DNA from: an uncultured Nostoc sp.
GTDB taxonomy: Bacteria > Cyanobacteriota > Cyanobacteriia > Cyanobacteriales > Nostocaceae
Reading direction: 5' to 3'
DNA: 51,037 nt
Assembly (NCBI GenBank): GCA_964252435.1
Contig: CAXUOL010000002.1
Location: forward strand, 1-51,037
Below the pieces are notes generated by a model. That model ran no database searches, was not told where the DNA came from, and saw only the letters and a list, made by a program, of their open reading frames with translations. The position numbers and the translations under genes are program-made. This document shows, one piece after another, positions 21,449 to 30,493 of this stretch. How positions within the stretch are numbered: position 1 is the first letter of the stretch; each line of letters opens with the position of its first letter.

Positions 21449-21777
21449 GCTGATGTTTGAGAAGTTCCATAGAGATACTGGTCGTGCTGCTCTGCGCTAT
21501 CTGTGTGCAAGTTAACAAGTTCTTCAGAAGGAATGCTCTGAGCAAATTGCTCAAACTCGTTGAAGAGATTTTGTAAGGAGTTATTTGCTTCAACAGGAGA
21601 AGCAATTACTTGAGTGCTATCTGCTTCTTGAATACTATCTTGATTAAAACTTTGCAAGCTGCTAGATTGTGCCTTTACAGACTGTAAAAGGTTCAAAATT
21701 GCCTCAATCAGTTCCTCTGGTGCTTGCTCAATTTCCCGAAGAAGTTGCTCTTTTGCCGTCATTGCTGATACCCTCAA
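21445..21777 (-). CDS. Antitoxin (DUF2281-like)
   Basis: KEQLLREIEQAPEELI...D.AEQHDQYLYG; overlaps the toxin start (ATGA). Confidence 0.75.
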   Translation of the reverse strand: MRVSAMTAKEQLLREIEQAPEELIEAILNLLQSVKAQSSSLQSFNQDSIQEADSTQVIASPVEANNSLQNLFNEFEQFAQSIPSEELVNLHTDSAEQHDQYLYGTSQTSA

Positions 21778-21863
21778 GCAAATACCTTAAATCTTACTAT
21801 TAAGTTTAACTCTTATCACTCTGACCCCATAAAAAACACTGCGTATCTAGGGATTTTATAACT

Positions 21864-22034
21864 GCGATGTCTACGACGGGCTATGCCTACGCGCTCACTC
21901 GACAATAAACTAGGTAAACCGTCCAATCCTCAATTAACAGTCCGGCTACTTTGCCCAAATCCCGATGATTGCGCGTTAATAAAACTAATTTACGAGATAG
22001 TGCGGCGAATAGCCCGTCGTAGACATCGCAGTAA
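21864..22034 (-). repeat. Direct repeat copy B
   Basis: Aligns with 20794-20976. Confidence 0.85.
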
Positions 22035-22081
22035 CATTCCCTATCATTCCCCGCAGATAATGCAAACTTAACCAATCGCTC

Positions 22082-22313
22082 CTATGCTTATACTGCAATA
22101 TGGGAATTTGCTAAAATCAATGACTTTTGCATCATAACTCAAGATGTAGACTTTGCAGAAAGAAGCCGTTTGTACGGTTCTCCACCTAAAGTTGTATGGC
22201 TACGCTGCCAAAATGCACCAACAAAACAAGTTGAATCTCTACTTCGTTCTGGGGTGGAGGTAATTCAAGAGCTACTTAATAATCCAATTCTGCATTGCCT
22301 AGAATTGTACTAA
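22082..22313 (+). pseudogene. DUF5615/PIN-like toxin, 5'-truncated
   Basis: Reads AIWEFAKINDFCIITQDVDFAERSRLYGSPPKVVWLRCQN...LELY* with no start. Confidence 0.75.
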
Positions 22314-22395
22314 AGCTTTGCGAGGGATTGTCTATGAAATTCACAATTGCGAAAAAATAGATTCATCTACTTGCGAGAACAAAGTGTTACACAAA

Positions 22396-22995
22396 TTAAC
22401 TACTGAATTGCTGAACAATTGTCTGTACAATTGCCAAAATCGCTCCTACGTTATCCAAGTAATATCTTTGCTTATCAAGCAAAGCCACTTTTTGCGAAAG
22501 TTGCAGAAACTGCCATACTTCTCCTGTTGTCACGCATCCATACACAGGTATTTCTGTTTGTCCAGATGAACGATTGAATAAATCCGCCGCTACCATTTGC
22601 GCGATGCACTGTCCTAACCCAGCTTCAACATCATTTTTCTTCGCTTCCACAACAGTGATAATTGGCGATCGCAACGGTGGTAAAGGTGGAGCTATTGCTA
22701 AAATAAAATCACATTCCCCAATCAAACCCTGTGCAGGATCAACATCAAGTCTTTGTCCTGAGAAAATAGCCAAACTATCTTGGCTCAGATCCCGACAGGT
22801 TAGTAAAATCGGTACAATAATAAATTCGCTCCGAGCTTTTTCACTAATCAGAGCTAATTGGGTTCGCTTTCCTAAAGTTTCATTTAACCACGAAGGAATA
22901 GAAAGAGGTACAAGCTTGGGAAACAAATCTCCTTCTTGGGTGGTGATTCCCAAAACGGCCGCAGCTTTTTCTAGAGTAAAGTCGCTATACGCCAT
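22396..22995 (-). CDS. Conserved cyanobacterial PD-(D/E)xK-like protein
   Basis: MAYSDFTL...SEKARSE...GECDF...VVEAKK...GLGQCIAQM...TTGEVWQF. Confidence 0.7.
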   Translation of the reverse strand: MAYSDFTLEKAAAVLGITTQEGDLFPKLVPLSIPSWLNETLGKRTQLALISEKARSEFIIVPILLTCRDLSQDSLAIFSGQRLDVDPAQGLIGECDFILAIAPPLPPLRSPIITVVEAKKNDVEAGLGQCIAQMVAADLFNRSSGQTEIPVYGCVTTGEVWQFLQLSQKVALLDKQRYYLDNVGAILAIVQTIVQQFSS

Positions 22996-23134
22996 AGTTT
23001 TGTACTGCTTTGAGTATATGACGTTATAAAAGGGAATTACTTTTATTTTACCTTGTTGTAGAGTTGTCAAAGGATTCTGTGTGATAATGCTCCCGAAGTA
23101 GTACTTGAAAATTTTTGAAGGCTAATTTGCCAAA

Positions 23135-24673
23135 TCATTGCGGATTCATCCGAATCAAGTCTGTTAAAATACTATCCAAACTGCCGTTAACTTGAATCCG
23201 ATCAATCTTCTCTGCAATCCGCTCTAATACTTCGAGTTCCTTTAGACGCAATGCAACGGGGTTATCCTCCATCACTTTGGCAGTGTTTAGCATACTGCGG
23301 GTAGCAGCAGTTTCTTCTCTACGTCTAACTACGTTGGCTTGAGCAGCTTTTTCTGCCTCGACTACCTTACTCAAGATAGTCTTAATCTCACCAGGTAAAA
23401 TAATATCTTTGACACCTACAGAATCTACTTCAATTCCATAGTCTGCGGCTTTCTGGCGAATGTATTCAGAGATACTTCTATCAATTGCACCTTTATCTTC
23501 TAATAAAGTATCTAAGTTGCGTTCGCCGACTGCACCGCGCAAAGCAAACTGTAATTCTTTGTATAAGAACCCAGAAATATCTGATAAGCCGTTTTTTGCC
23601 CTCAATGGGTCTTGGATACGGAAGCCAGCGGTCAAATTCAACCGCAGAGGTACTTTATCTTTAGAGAGGATGTCTTGACCGGATACTTCCATATTTTGCA
23701 ATCTCAGGTCAATGGTTTCGGTTTGAAAAGAGCGTCCAAATAACCACCAAGCGTGTACCCCTGGCGATCGCTGTCCTTGAAACTCTTGATTAATGTATAC
23801 TAGTCCAACGTGTTGTGCAGGAACTTGGCAAATATGCAAACAGTTGCGACTGAGCAATTTCACTTCTGCTGAACCCTCAACCAACTCAGCCACTAAGTTA
23901 GGCTGTAACTGAGCATCAGCGCTAATATCGAGAATTTCCACTGCAACACCCTGCCAAAATAACTTGCGGCTGGTGGGCGGCAAAATAGAAATCACTTTTC
24001 CTCGGTATCGCACAATTGCAACTTGTGAAGCCAGTAATTGCACGGTTTCACAGTAAGCAGCAATAAAGTCGGGATGTTTTTCAATGAGTACATCTTCCAG
24101 AGGAAAATCTGGGTTAGGGATAATCCGGCTGAGAGTTCGGACGGTAACATCTCTATCTACCGACCAAAAAGCATACTCTCCTGGTTCTAGAGGTCGCACA
24201 AAATTGTTTTGCAGATATAGTAAACCAATCTCAGACTCTGAAATTTGGAACTTCTTTACTCCATTCAACGCAACTGAGCGCAATTGCTGTACAAAGGAAC
24301 TAGGCAATTCCCAGCTTTCTTCCAAGTTGAATATATAAGACTCTACTTCAATAAAACCACGCCAAAAAGCAATCAATTTATTTGGTGCAACGCTTACCCA
24401 ATTCTGACCGTAGCGGACTAACGCAACTTGATTGAATGCAGTTCTGATAATCAATAAGTGTTCTTGTAGTTCGGCTTGGTGATTTCGCAACAACAGTTCT
24501 AGGTTTTCAATCTGAGCTAGTGGCTGATTGAGGTCATAAATTTTTACTTGCCAATGCCGACCTAAATATGTATGTGTACCGGGTTGCAAAATTTTCTTAA
24601 AGTCACTGCGGTGATATAAGATGCCGATTTCGTTAGGTTTAATATAAAACGTTTGCCACATAGTAATTTGCAT
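23135..24673 (-). CDS. SPFH/band-7 (slipin family) protein
   Basis: Repeated N-terminal L.PG.Y.FW units, then DLRLQ.MEVSGQDILSKDKV, VKDIILPG, RREETAATRS.LNTAK. Confidence 0.92.
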   Translation of the reverse strand: MQITMWQTFYIKPNEIGILYHRSDFKKILQPGTHTYLGRHWQVKIYDLNQPLAQIENLELLLRNHQAELQEHLLIIRTAFNQVALVRYGQNWVSVAPNKLIAFWRGFIEVESYIFNLEESWELPSSFVQQLRSVALNGVKKFQISESEIGLLYLQNNFVRPLEPGEYAFWSVDRDVTVRTLSRIIPNPDFPLEDVLIEKHPDFIAAYCETVQLLASQVAIVRYRGKVISILPPTSRKLFWQGVAVEILDISADAQLQPNLVAELVEGSAEVKLLSRNCLHICQVPAQHVGLVYINQEFQGQRSPGVHAWWLFGRSFQTETIDLRLQNMEVSGQDILSKDKVPLRLNLTAGFRIQDPLRAKNGLSDISGFLYKELQFALRGAVGERNLDTLLEDKGAIDRSISEYIRQKAADYGIEVDSVGVKDIILPGEIKTILSKVVEAEKAAQANVVRRREETAATRSMLNTAKVMEDNPVALRLKELEVLERIAEKIDRIQVNGSLDSILTDLIRMNPQ

Positions 24674-24910
24674 AAATAATTTGTGTGATAGCTTAAGTTA
24701 GCTAGGCGATGCCTGCGGCGGGCGTAGCCATCGCAACTAGCTAAGAAGATTTGATCTACACATTTATAACCTTGCTTGAACTCAAATACCACCTGTGTCT
24801 CACAGCTTAACTACTGGAGTAGACAGAATTTATTTTGAGGTTCTTTGGGCTTTACAACCCTGTAAACAAAAGCTAAAGGATTAATTTTAGCCTTTCGTAC
24901 TACTATATAC

Positions 24911-25148
24911 TACAAAAAAATTATTTACTCTGCCAGTGCAGGTTTTTACAGTTTCGGTGCGGGCAAAAGCTTCTCCAAAACTGGATTAAGATTGCTGCTA
25001 CTTTTTTCAAACTGCTCAATGGCAATCTAAAAAAAGAGAACTGCGCTCAAATATGCCGTTCGCTTTGCCACTCCAGAATCCCCAAAGGAAAACCGGATGT
25101 AGGAAAAGGAAGGAACATACTCAAGTTAGGGAGAGATACAGTTGCGCT
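24911..25148 (-). repeat. ~238-nt repeat copy 1 (candidate structured ncRNA)
   Basis: Aligns end to end with 25479-25713, roughly 80-85% identical by eye. Confidence 0.9.
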
Positions 25149-25476
25149 GCGCTGCATTGTGAATTTCTAATTTCTCTAAAATATTCTCTAGAATCCACCT
25201 TTGAGCAGCTTTAAGTTCCGGCTTAGGTGCAGAAATAATTCTTTCTCCACCTGTCTTTTTTGAGATTTTGAAAGGGAGGTAATGTCTATTTAGGGATGTA
25301 CTAGTTGTTAAAAAGCGCAGTTTTTCTAGGCTTATCCCCATCGCCAAGGCGATTTCTTCGGCAGTATTATATTCAGCTAAACCATGCGATCGCAAAAGTG
25401 CTAAATTTTCAGTTTGCAACTTTTCTAGATTACTTTCAGTCGCTAATGGGGTAGTAGTTATATTTTTACTGTACAT
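25126..25476 (-). pseudogene. Retron-type reverse transcriptase, N-terminal fragment
   Basis: EIALAMGISLEKLRFL...HY..FKISKKTGGERIISAP.PELKAAQRWIL.NIL...HNAA is the RT0/RT1 region. It stops before the palm (no YADD), where repeat copy 1 begins. Confidence 0.88.
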
Positions 25477-25478
25477 AA

Positions 25479-25713
25479 TACAAAAGATTTTTTTACTCTG
25501 CTAGTACAAGTGTTTACAGTTTAGGTGTGGGCAAAAGCTTCTCCAAAGCTGGACTAAGATTGCTGTTACTTTTCTTCGACTACTCAATGGTAATCTAGAA
25601 AAAAGAACCGCGCTCAGATATACCGTTCAATTTACCAATCTAGAATCCTAAAGGAAAACTAGATGTAGAAAACAAAGGGACATACTCAAGTTAGGGAGAG
25701 ATGCAGTTGCGCT
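25479..25713 (-). repeat. ~235-nt repeat copy 2, immediately upstream of the RT start
   Basis: Aligns with 24911-25148; ends 2 nt before the RT ATG. Confidence 0.9.
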
Positions 25714-25873
25714 TACTCCTTGACTGTGGCTATCGAACATTACTCTTATGAGTAATGACCGACAGCAGAACACTTGCACCGCAGAGTTGAGAAAATGAGG
25801 GGTCTCGAATCTGTTAAGATCCGTACCATATTGGCTACCTTGGAAGGGTATTGTCTTTTAACCCGGACAGGGT

Positions 25874-25948
25874 TGGGTGAAAGTATAGGAATCGAACCTA
25901 CAACACATCGATTATGAGTCGATTGCTCTACCAGTGAGCTAACTTCCT
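25874..25948 (-). tRNA. tRNA-like gene, anticodon CAU (Ile2/Met-like), non-canonical
   Basis: (A)GGAAGT TA GCTC ACTGGTA GAGC A ATCGA CTCATAA TCGAT GTGTT GTAGG TTCGATT CCTAT ACTTTC A C CCA. Cloverleaf with an unpaired 1:72 position and C73. Confidence 0.8.
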
Positions 25949-26023
25949 GGGGTTTGATACAGGAGTTGAACCTGTGACGCATCGATTATGAGTCGATCGC
26001 TCTGCCAACTGAGCTAATCAAAC
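25948..26023 (-). tRNA. tRNA-like gene, anticodon CAU (Ile2/Met-like), 76 nt with encoded CCA
   Basis: GTTTGAT TA GCTC AGTTGGCA GAGC G ATCGA CTCATAA TCGAT GCGTC ACAGG TTCAACT CCTGT ATCAAAC C CCA. All four stems pair perfectly. Confidence 0.9.
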
Positions 26024-26389
26024 GATGGTATAGTTTAAAAGTACTCGGCGGTATACGCTTATGCAAAAGCTTGACGCACCAGTTAGGCTTATGGAACCTA
26101 AACCATAGCTTTGTAACTTTGTTACTATCCCGCTCCAAATTTAGCATAAAGGGATTCGGGAATGGGTATAACCACTAGCCTAGTGCGGAGCATCGCGGCA
26201 GCCATTCTTCTGGAAGTATGGCAGTAAGTTGCCAGCAATTTTAGCACGTGAGGAACTTTAAGGCGCAAATCACCAATGCAGAGATGCCCATTGTTAGGAT
26301 TAAAAAAATTTGGGTAGTTTCTATTTAGGTATATATCAAAGTCCAGATGGTGACAACCTTAGTGGAGGAGGTCGTACAATCCGGCTTAA

Positions 26390-26419
26390 TTTATACTGGC
26401 AGTAGTGGATATTCTTCAA
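26390..26419 (-). promoter_or_regulatory. Putative sigma70-type promoter for the tRNA-RT-SPFH unit
   Basis: Minus strand TTGAAG-N18-TATAAA. Confidence 0.35.
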
Positions 26420-26430
26420 GGCTGTCATAT

Positions 26431-26557
26431 TAAGCTGTTAAACACTTAATTTACACATTTAGACAGCAGGGGAGCAGAGGGGCAGAGGAGCAGGGGAGAA
26501 GGATTGACGCTTTTTCTCCAAAATCAACAATATGCAAGTTAAATGCGTATTAGCTTA
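26431..26557 (+). mobile_element. ~127-bp MITE-like element
   Basis: Imperfect terminal inverted repeats TAAGCT.../...AGCTTA; near-identical inverted copy at 39903-40029. Confidence 0.8.
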
Positions 26558-26635
26558 TCTTGACAGTCCGCCCCAAAAAAGCATAGTGTTTTCATTGATA
26601 ATTGCCAAGGAAGTTTGAGCAATTATTCTTGGGCT

Positions 26636-27214
26636 TCAGTCTGGAAAAGCTAAACCAGTCATGGGGTCACGAATATACAACCCTAATGTGAGACTACGCA
26701 TAGCTTCATCCCAAACGGGTATTAATTGTTCTGCTTGATCTACCCAATAATCGAATGTAATTAAGCATTGAACATTCGACCCCAAACCAATGCAAGTCCG
26801 CGAAAAGGCTTCCCGTGGTTCTTCTTGAGTGTCAATGAACTTCATCTCTGTCCAGACAATTCTGGCAGTTTGACGCTTGACGGTAATAATTTCTCCCCTC
26901 TCAATGACGTTGCGACTGTCGTCTTCCAAGACTTTCTTCAAGGTGGATTTTAGCGGGAACTGGCTCCAGTCATTGGGTGGCAGGCGATTAAAAGATACTT
27001 CTAGACAGCAATCATCGTTGGGCGGTTTTTTATCCATGAACTTGAAGGATTTCTCTTGTGGCTCAAAAACCCAATTCTGAGGAACATTGAAACGAACAGC
27101 GCCTCTATCTGCGACAAAAATTTTGTAACCTGATGGAGATTCCCAGCGATGATCGGGTTTTAGTTCAAGTGTTTCTTTTATCCACTGAAGATTGCTTTTT
27201 TTACGCTTTGCCAT
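26636..27214 (-). CDS. Conserved hypothetical protein
   Basis: Clean ORF from MAKRKK; the upstream extension to 27277 comes from small-repeat sequence. Confidence 0.7.
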   Translation of the reverse strand: MAKRKKSNLQWIKETLELKPDHRWESPSGYKIFVADRGAVRFNVPQNWVFEPQEKSFKFMDKKPPNDDCCLEVSFNRLPPNDWSQFPLKSTLKKVLEDDSRNVIERGEIITVKRQTARIVWTEMKFIDTQEEPREAFSRTCIGLGSNVQCLITFDYWVDQAEQLIPVWDEAMRSLTLGLYIRDPMTGLAFPD

Positions 27215-27446
27215 AGTGTTTCTGCATTTTCTGTTGAATAGGGCGTCACCGATAGCGTAGCGTAAAGCCTTTGGCATAGCTTCTTTACAAGACGCTACGC
27301 GTAGCTTGCTTCTCCGTAGGAGTATGCTTAGAGCGACGCAGGAGCGTCGTCACAGCCCATCGTAAACATTGCCCTTTTTGTTAATATTATCAAATTGCTA
27401 GGATTTTGAATAACTCTATCAAGGAATCCAAGGTAACTGTAACGTT

Positions 27447-28396
27447 GTGATTAAAGTTTCAGCTTTTAGCATTAAAATCTTAGCAGCAGTATTCATGGTT
27501 ATGGATCATCTGTGCTATTTGCTAATGCCAGAGTTGGTAATCTTGCACTTATTAGGGCGATTGAGCTTTCCCCTCTTTGCATGGCTTCTGGCTAAAGGCG
27601 AAAAACATACCCATAATGTACACCGCTATGGGAGAAGACTATTAATTACAGCAATAATATCTCAGCCAATCTATAGTATTGTTTTTCAGAGTTTATCACT
27701 TAATATTCTGTTCACGCTTCTTCTTGGACTTGTGATGTTGCGCTTATTGACATCCTCCCACCACTAATTCGGAGTACCGAATATAGTGGGGGATTCCAAA
27801 GATTGCTCTTTAGGTTTCCTCTTTCCACGACCCGACTTACTTGGAGGAGTTTCCCCACCCACGCTCTTGTCGATGTCTCCAGAGGCGTTAGTTCCGACGT
27901 GACCCGCCGTACTTAATGCTTTTTCTAATATGTTCCTCGCTACGTTCCAGTCACGATCTTGGGTATGTCCACAATTAGGACAAGAATGAGTTCTAGTGCT
28001 AAGAGATTTTTTCACAACCTCGCCACAATTAGAGCAATTTTGCGAAGTGTAGTGTGGTGGAACTGCAACCGTGACAACACCAAACACCTTACCAAAATAC
28101 TCAACCCATTCACGAAACAGCGACCACGAAACGTCACTAATCGATTTGGCCAATCGATGATTCTTGACCATATTCCGCACCATCAAATCTTCATACGCCA
28201 CAAGGTCGTTAGACCTCACTACGCACCTTGCCGTTTTAACAGCAAAGTCTTTACGTTGGCGACTTACTTTGAGATGCTTGCGAGCAAGTTTATTTCTAAA
28301 CTTGACTCTGGTTCACGAGCTAGATGGTTCTATGTCTTTTACCCGGCTCATTTAATAATTTTAGGTATAATCAATTATTTAATCCAGTCTAGGTAA
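27447..28396 (+). pseudogene. TraX family membrane protein disrupted by a tnpB remnant
   Basis: IKILA..FMVMDH...GRLSFPLFA..LA.G..HT...LNILFTL up to 27746; C-terminal WFYVFYPAHL resumes after ~28313. Confidence 0.82.
27747..28312 (-). mobile_element. tnpB: IS200/IS605 remnant: 3' part of tnpB plus right end
   Basis: AYEDL, YTSQNCSNCG, CPNCG..QDRDWN; subterminal hairpin and terminal GAGGATGTCAA. Confidence 0.9.
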
Positions 28397-29438
28397 GATT
28401 TCTATATCTATTTAATCCACGTGCGGTTATAAGATAAACTACAAACGTTCCCAACCAATGACTACTAGAATAATGGTCACTTGCAACATCTACCAACCCG
28501 CATTGGCGATGTAAAGCAGTAACAGAACGCAGGGTATTGAGTCGAGAATCGTTATCGGGTAATCGAGAGATTATTCCCTCAAGCATCCAAGCTCGACTGA
28601 GATTTAAACCCCGAAAATGAGATTGTAAATAGTCGTTGGGTTTAGTTATTTGTACAGGTTGCAACCAGTTTACTCCGTCTTCTGTGAGTAAATGTGGAAG
28701 AAAATCGGTAAGCCAATTTGCAAAATCTGTTGGTGAAAGAATGCGTCGCATTAAATCTGCTTCTGCAAGACAGGGAGAGACAAAATCATAACCCAATGGT
28801 TCAAAATGCAATGGATAGTTGCGATCGCTCTGATAAAATTTTTGGGCTTTGTCTTCAATCAGATCGGCAAAGTCTTTATTCTTCTTACTTTGCGCCCAAT
28901 CGAGTGCTAAACCAAGTGGAAACGCCGTCTGAAAGTGTGCTCCAGTGCGATTGGGAAGTTCGAGTTTTTCAAGCCAGCGATAAAAGTTGTTGGCAACTAA
29001 GGTTTCTAGGGGTTCTAACGCCGCTAGCCATTCTTTCCCTTGAGAATCATTCCATTCACGCAATTCCGTCGCCAGTTGCAACAGCCATGAAAATCCATAA
29101 GGACACTCAAAGAAGGGACATCGATTAAAATGGTTAATTTCTCCTTGAATTTTTTCTGGAGTCAGGGTTTGGGTTAGTGCTTCCCTTGCTGTCGGCTGAA
29201 ATTCAGCATCAGGAAAATAACGAGCTAGCCTTGCAAGTAACCAATGCCCATGTACGGCAGAATGCCAATCCAAACAACCATAAAATGCTGGCATTAATTC
29301 GCGTGGCGGCTTAATGTCCTCATCGCTTTCAAACCAAAAAATATTGTTGTGCGGATACTCTTGGTTAATGCAGTTCAGCACCAATTGAACAAACTGGGCT
29401 GCGATCGCTACGTCAATCTCTATTGCTTCGAGTTGCAT
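28389..29438 (-). CDS. DUF2891 family protein
   Basis: EYP, PAFYGCLDWHSAVHGHW, FE.PYG.SWLL, GLNLSRAW, HWLGTF. Confidence 0.85.
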   Translation of the reverse strand: MQLEAIEIDVAIAAQFVQLVLNCINQEYPHNNIFWFESDEDIKPPRELMPAFYGCLDWHSAVHGHWLLARLARYFPDAEFQPTAREALTQTLTPEKIQGEINHFNRCPFFECPYGFSWLLQLATELREWNDSQGKEWLAALEPLETLVANNFYRWLEKLELPNRTGAHFQTAFPLGLALDWAQSKKNKDFADLIEDKAQKFYQSDRNYPLHFEPLGYDFVSPCLAEADLMRRILSPTDFANWLTDFLPHLLTEDGVNWLQPVQITKPNDYLQSHFRGLNLSRAWMLEGIISRLPDNDSRLNTLRSVTALHRQCGLVDVASDHYSSSHWLGTFVVYLITARGLNRYRNLT

Positions 29439-29497
29439 GGTTTCTCAGCAGTAGTCTTACAATTACCTTTTTAGCATTATTAATACTCTATTACAAT

Positions 29498-30493
29498 TCA
29501 ATTCCTTTCTAAATTAAGTTTCACTGCTAAGTCAAATAATCTATCAATGTTTTGATTTGTTTTATCTAAGCTAACTTCATCTAAATATAGTTCAATAGGC
29601 ATCGGTAGCGCACTTGCATAACGATTTGTTTCTGCCCAGTAGGTAATTGTTTTTACAGTCCGAAAGTCTGGGTCGCAGTTTAGATACATTCTACCTATAC
29701 CTGCTTTTTTATTGAAGCGTAGGCTGCTTTTGGGGATTGGTAGCCATAGGTAACATTGTAAATGATTAAGTTGCTCAAGCTTGGTAGACGCAATAAACTT
29801 TAATTGACAGCAAGGCTTTGTTCTACCACGCCCATAAAATATACTCTTGACTTCCTTAATTTCTTTGATACGTTGATCGTAAGATAGCATTTTTTCTCTC
29901 AGCCTCAAAACCTCTGTTTTGGTTACAGGAGCAAGTTTATCCAAGAAATTTACTAACATTCTTGGTGGTGAATCAATCTGATTTACGGACATCAATAATT
30001 CTTGAGTCTCTTGAATCTCAAGAAAAGGAATTGCTTTTGGCACAATAAACTCTTTACGTCCTTCGAGATATAAATGCAAATAAAAATTATTGGTATGACT
30101 GATAATTGAAAATCGGATAAATTCAAATTGCAACAAATTGTAGCGACGGTCAATAAAATTATGTTTATGAAAATCGGGAGCAATTGCAATTAAACGAATG
30201 GGCTGGCTATAATCTATCAATTCTTTCAAAGGTTGCTCTAAGCTGAGACTGTGATAGTAGCGAGTGAGTTGATGGATAATGTAGCGATCCTCGCAATTTT
30301 TGAGTTCTAATACAGCCAGTTGATTGTTTTTTGTTTTAGCAAGAATATCACAATACTCTCCCTTAATGTTCAATTGGCGTTTAAGAGGAATCAAATCTAA
30401 AGTACTTTCTAGGCAATCCCAAATAAAATCTTCTAGCAGATATTCTTGTGCAAATATCCAACCTTGTTCAGTTTTCCTCAGCACACTCTTCAA
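29498..30493 (-). CDS. NucS/EndoMS-like nuclease domain protein
   Basis: E..LEDFIW...RQ...CDILA...VLELKN...QLTRYY...IRLIAIAPDF. Confidence 0.75.
   Translation of the reverse strand: MKSVLRKTEQGWIFAQEYLLEDFIWDCLESTLDLIPLKRQLNIKGEYCDILAKTKNNQLAVLELKNCEDRYIIHQLTRYYHSLSLEQPLKELIDYSQPIRLIAIAPDFHKHNFIDRRYNLLQFEFIRFSIISHTNNFYLHLYLEGRKEFIVPKAIPFLEIQETQELLMSVNQIDSPPRMLVNFLDKLAPVTKTEVLRLREKMLSYDQRIKEIKEVKSIFYGRGRTKPCCQLKFIASTKLEQLNHLQCYLWLPIPKSSLRFNKKAGIGRMYLNCDPDFRTVKTITYWAETNRYASALPMPIELYLDEVSLDKTNQNIDRLFDLAVKLNLERN

Noticed and set aside
24911-25713. Diversity-generating retroelement (TR/VR pair next to an RT)
   Set aside because: Mismatches involve all four bases plus indels and are not adenine-specific. 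Neither copy lies in the 3' end of a target gene, and the RT fragment is retron-like.
25706-25715. 10-nt match (TAAGCGCAAC) between the tnpB-remnant guide flank (27737-27746) and the repeat boundary
   Set aside because: Too short to exceed chance, and there is no TTGAT-like TAM beside it.
25746-25982. 78 aa ORF
   Set aside because: Overlaps the tRNA-like genes; spurious.
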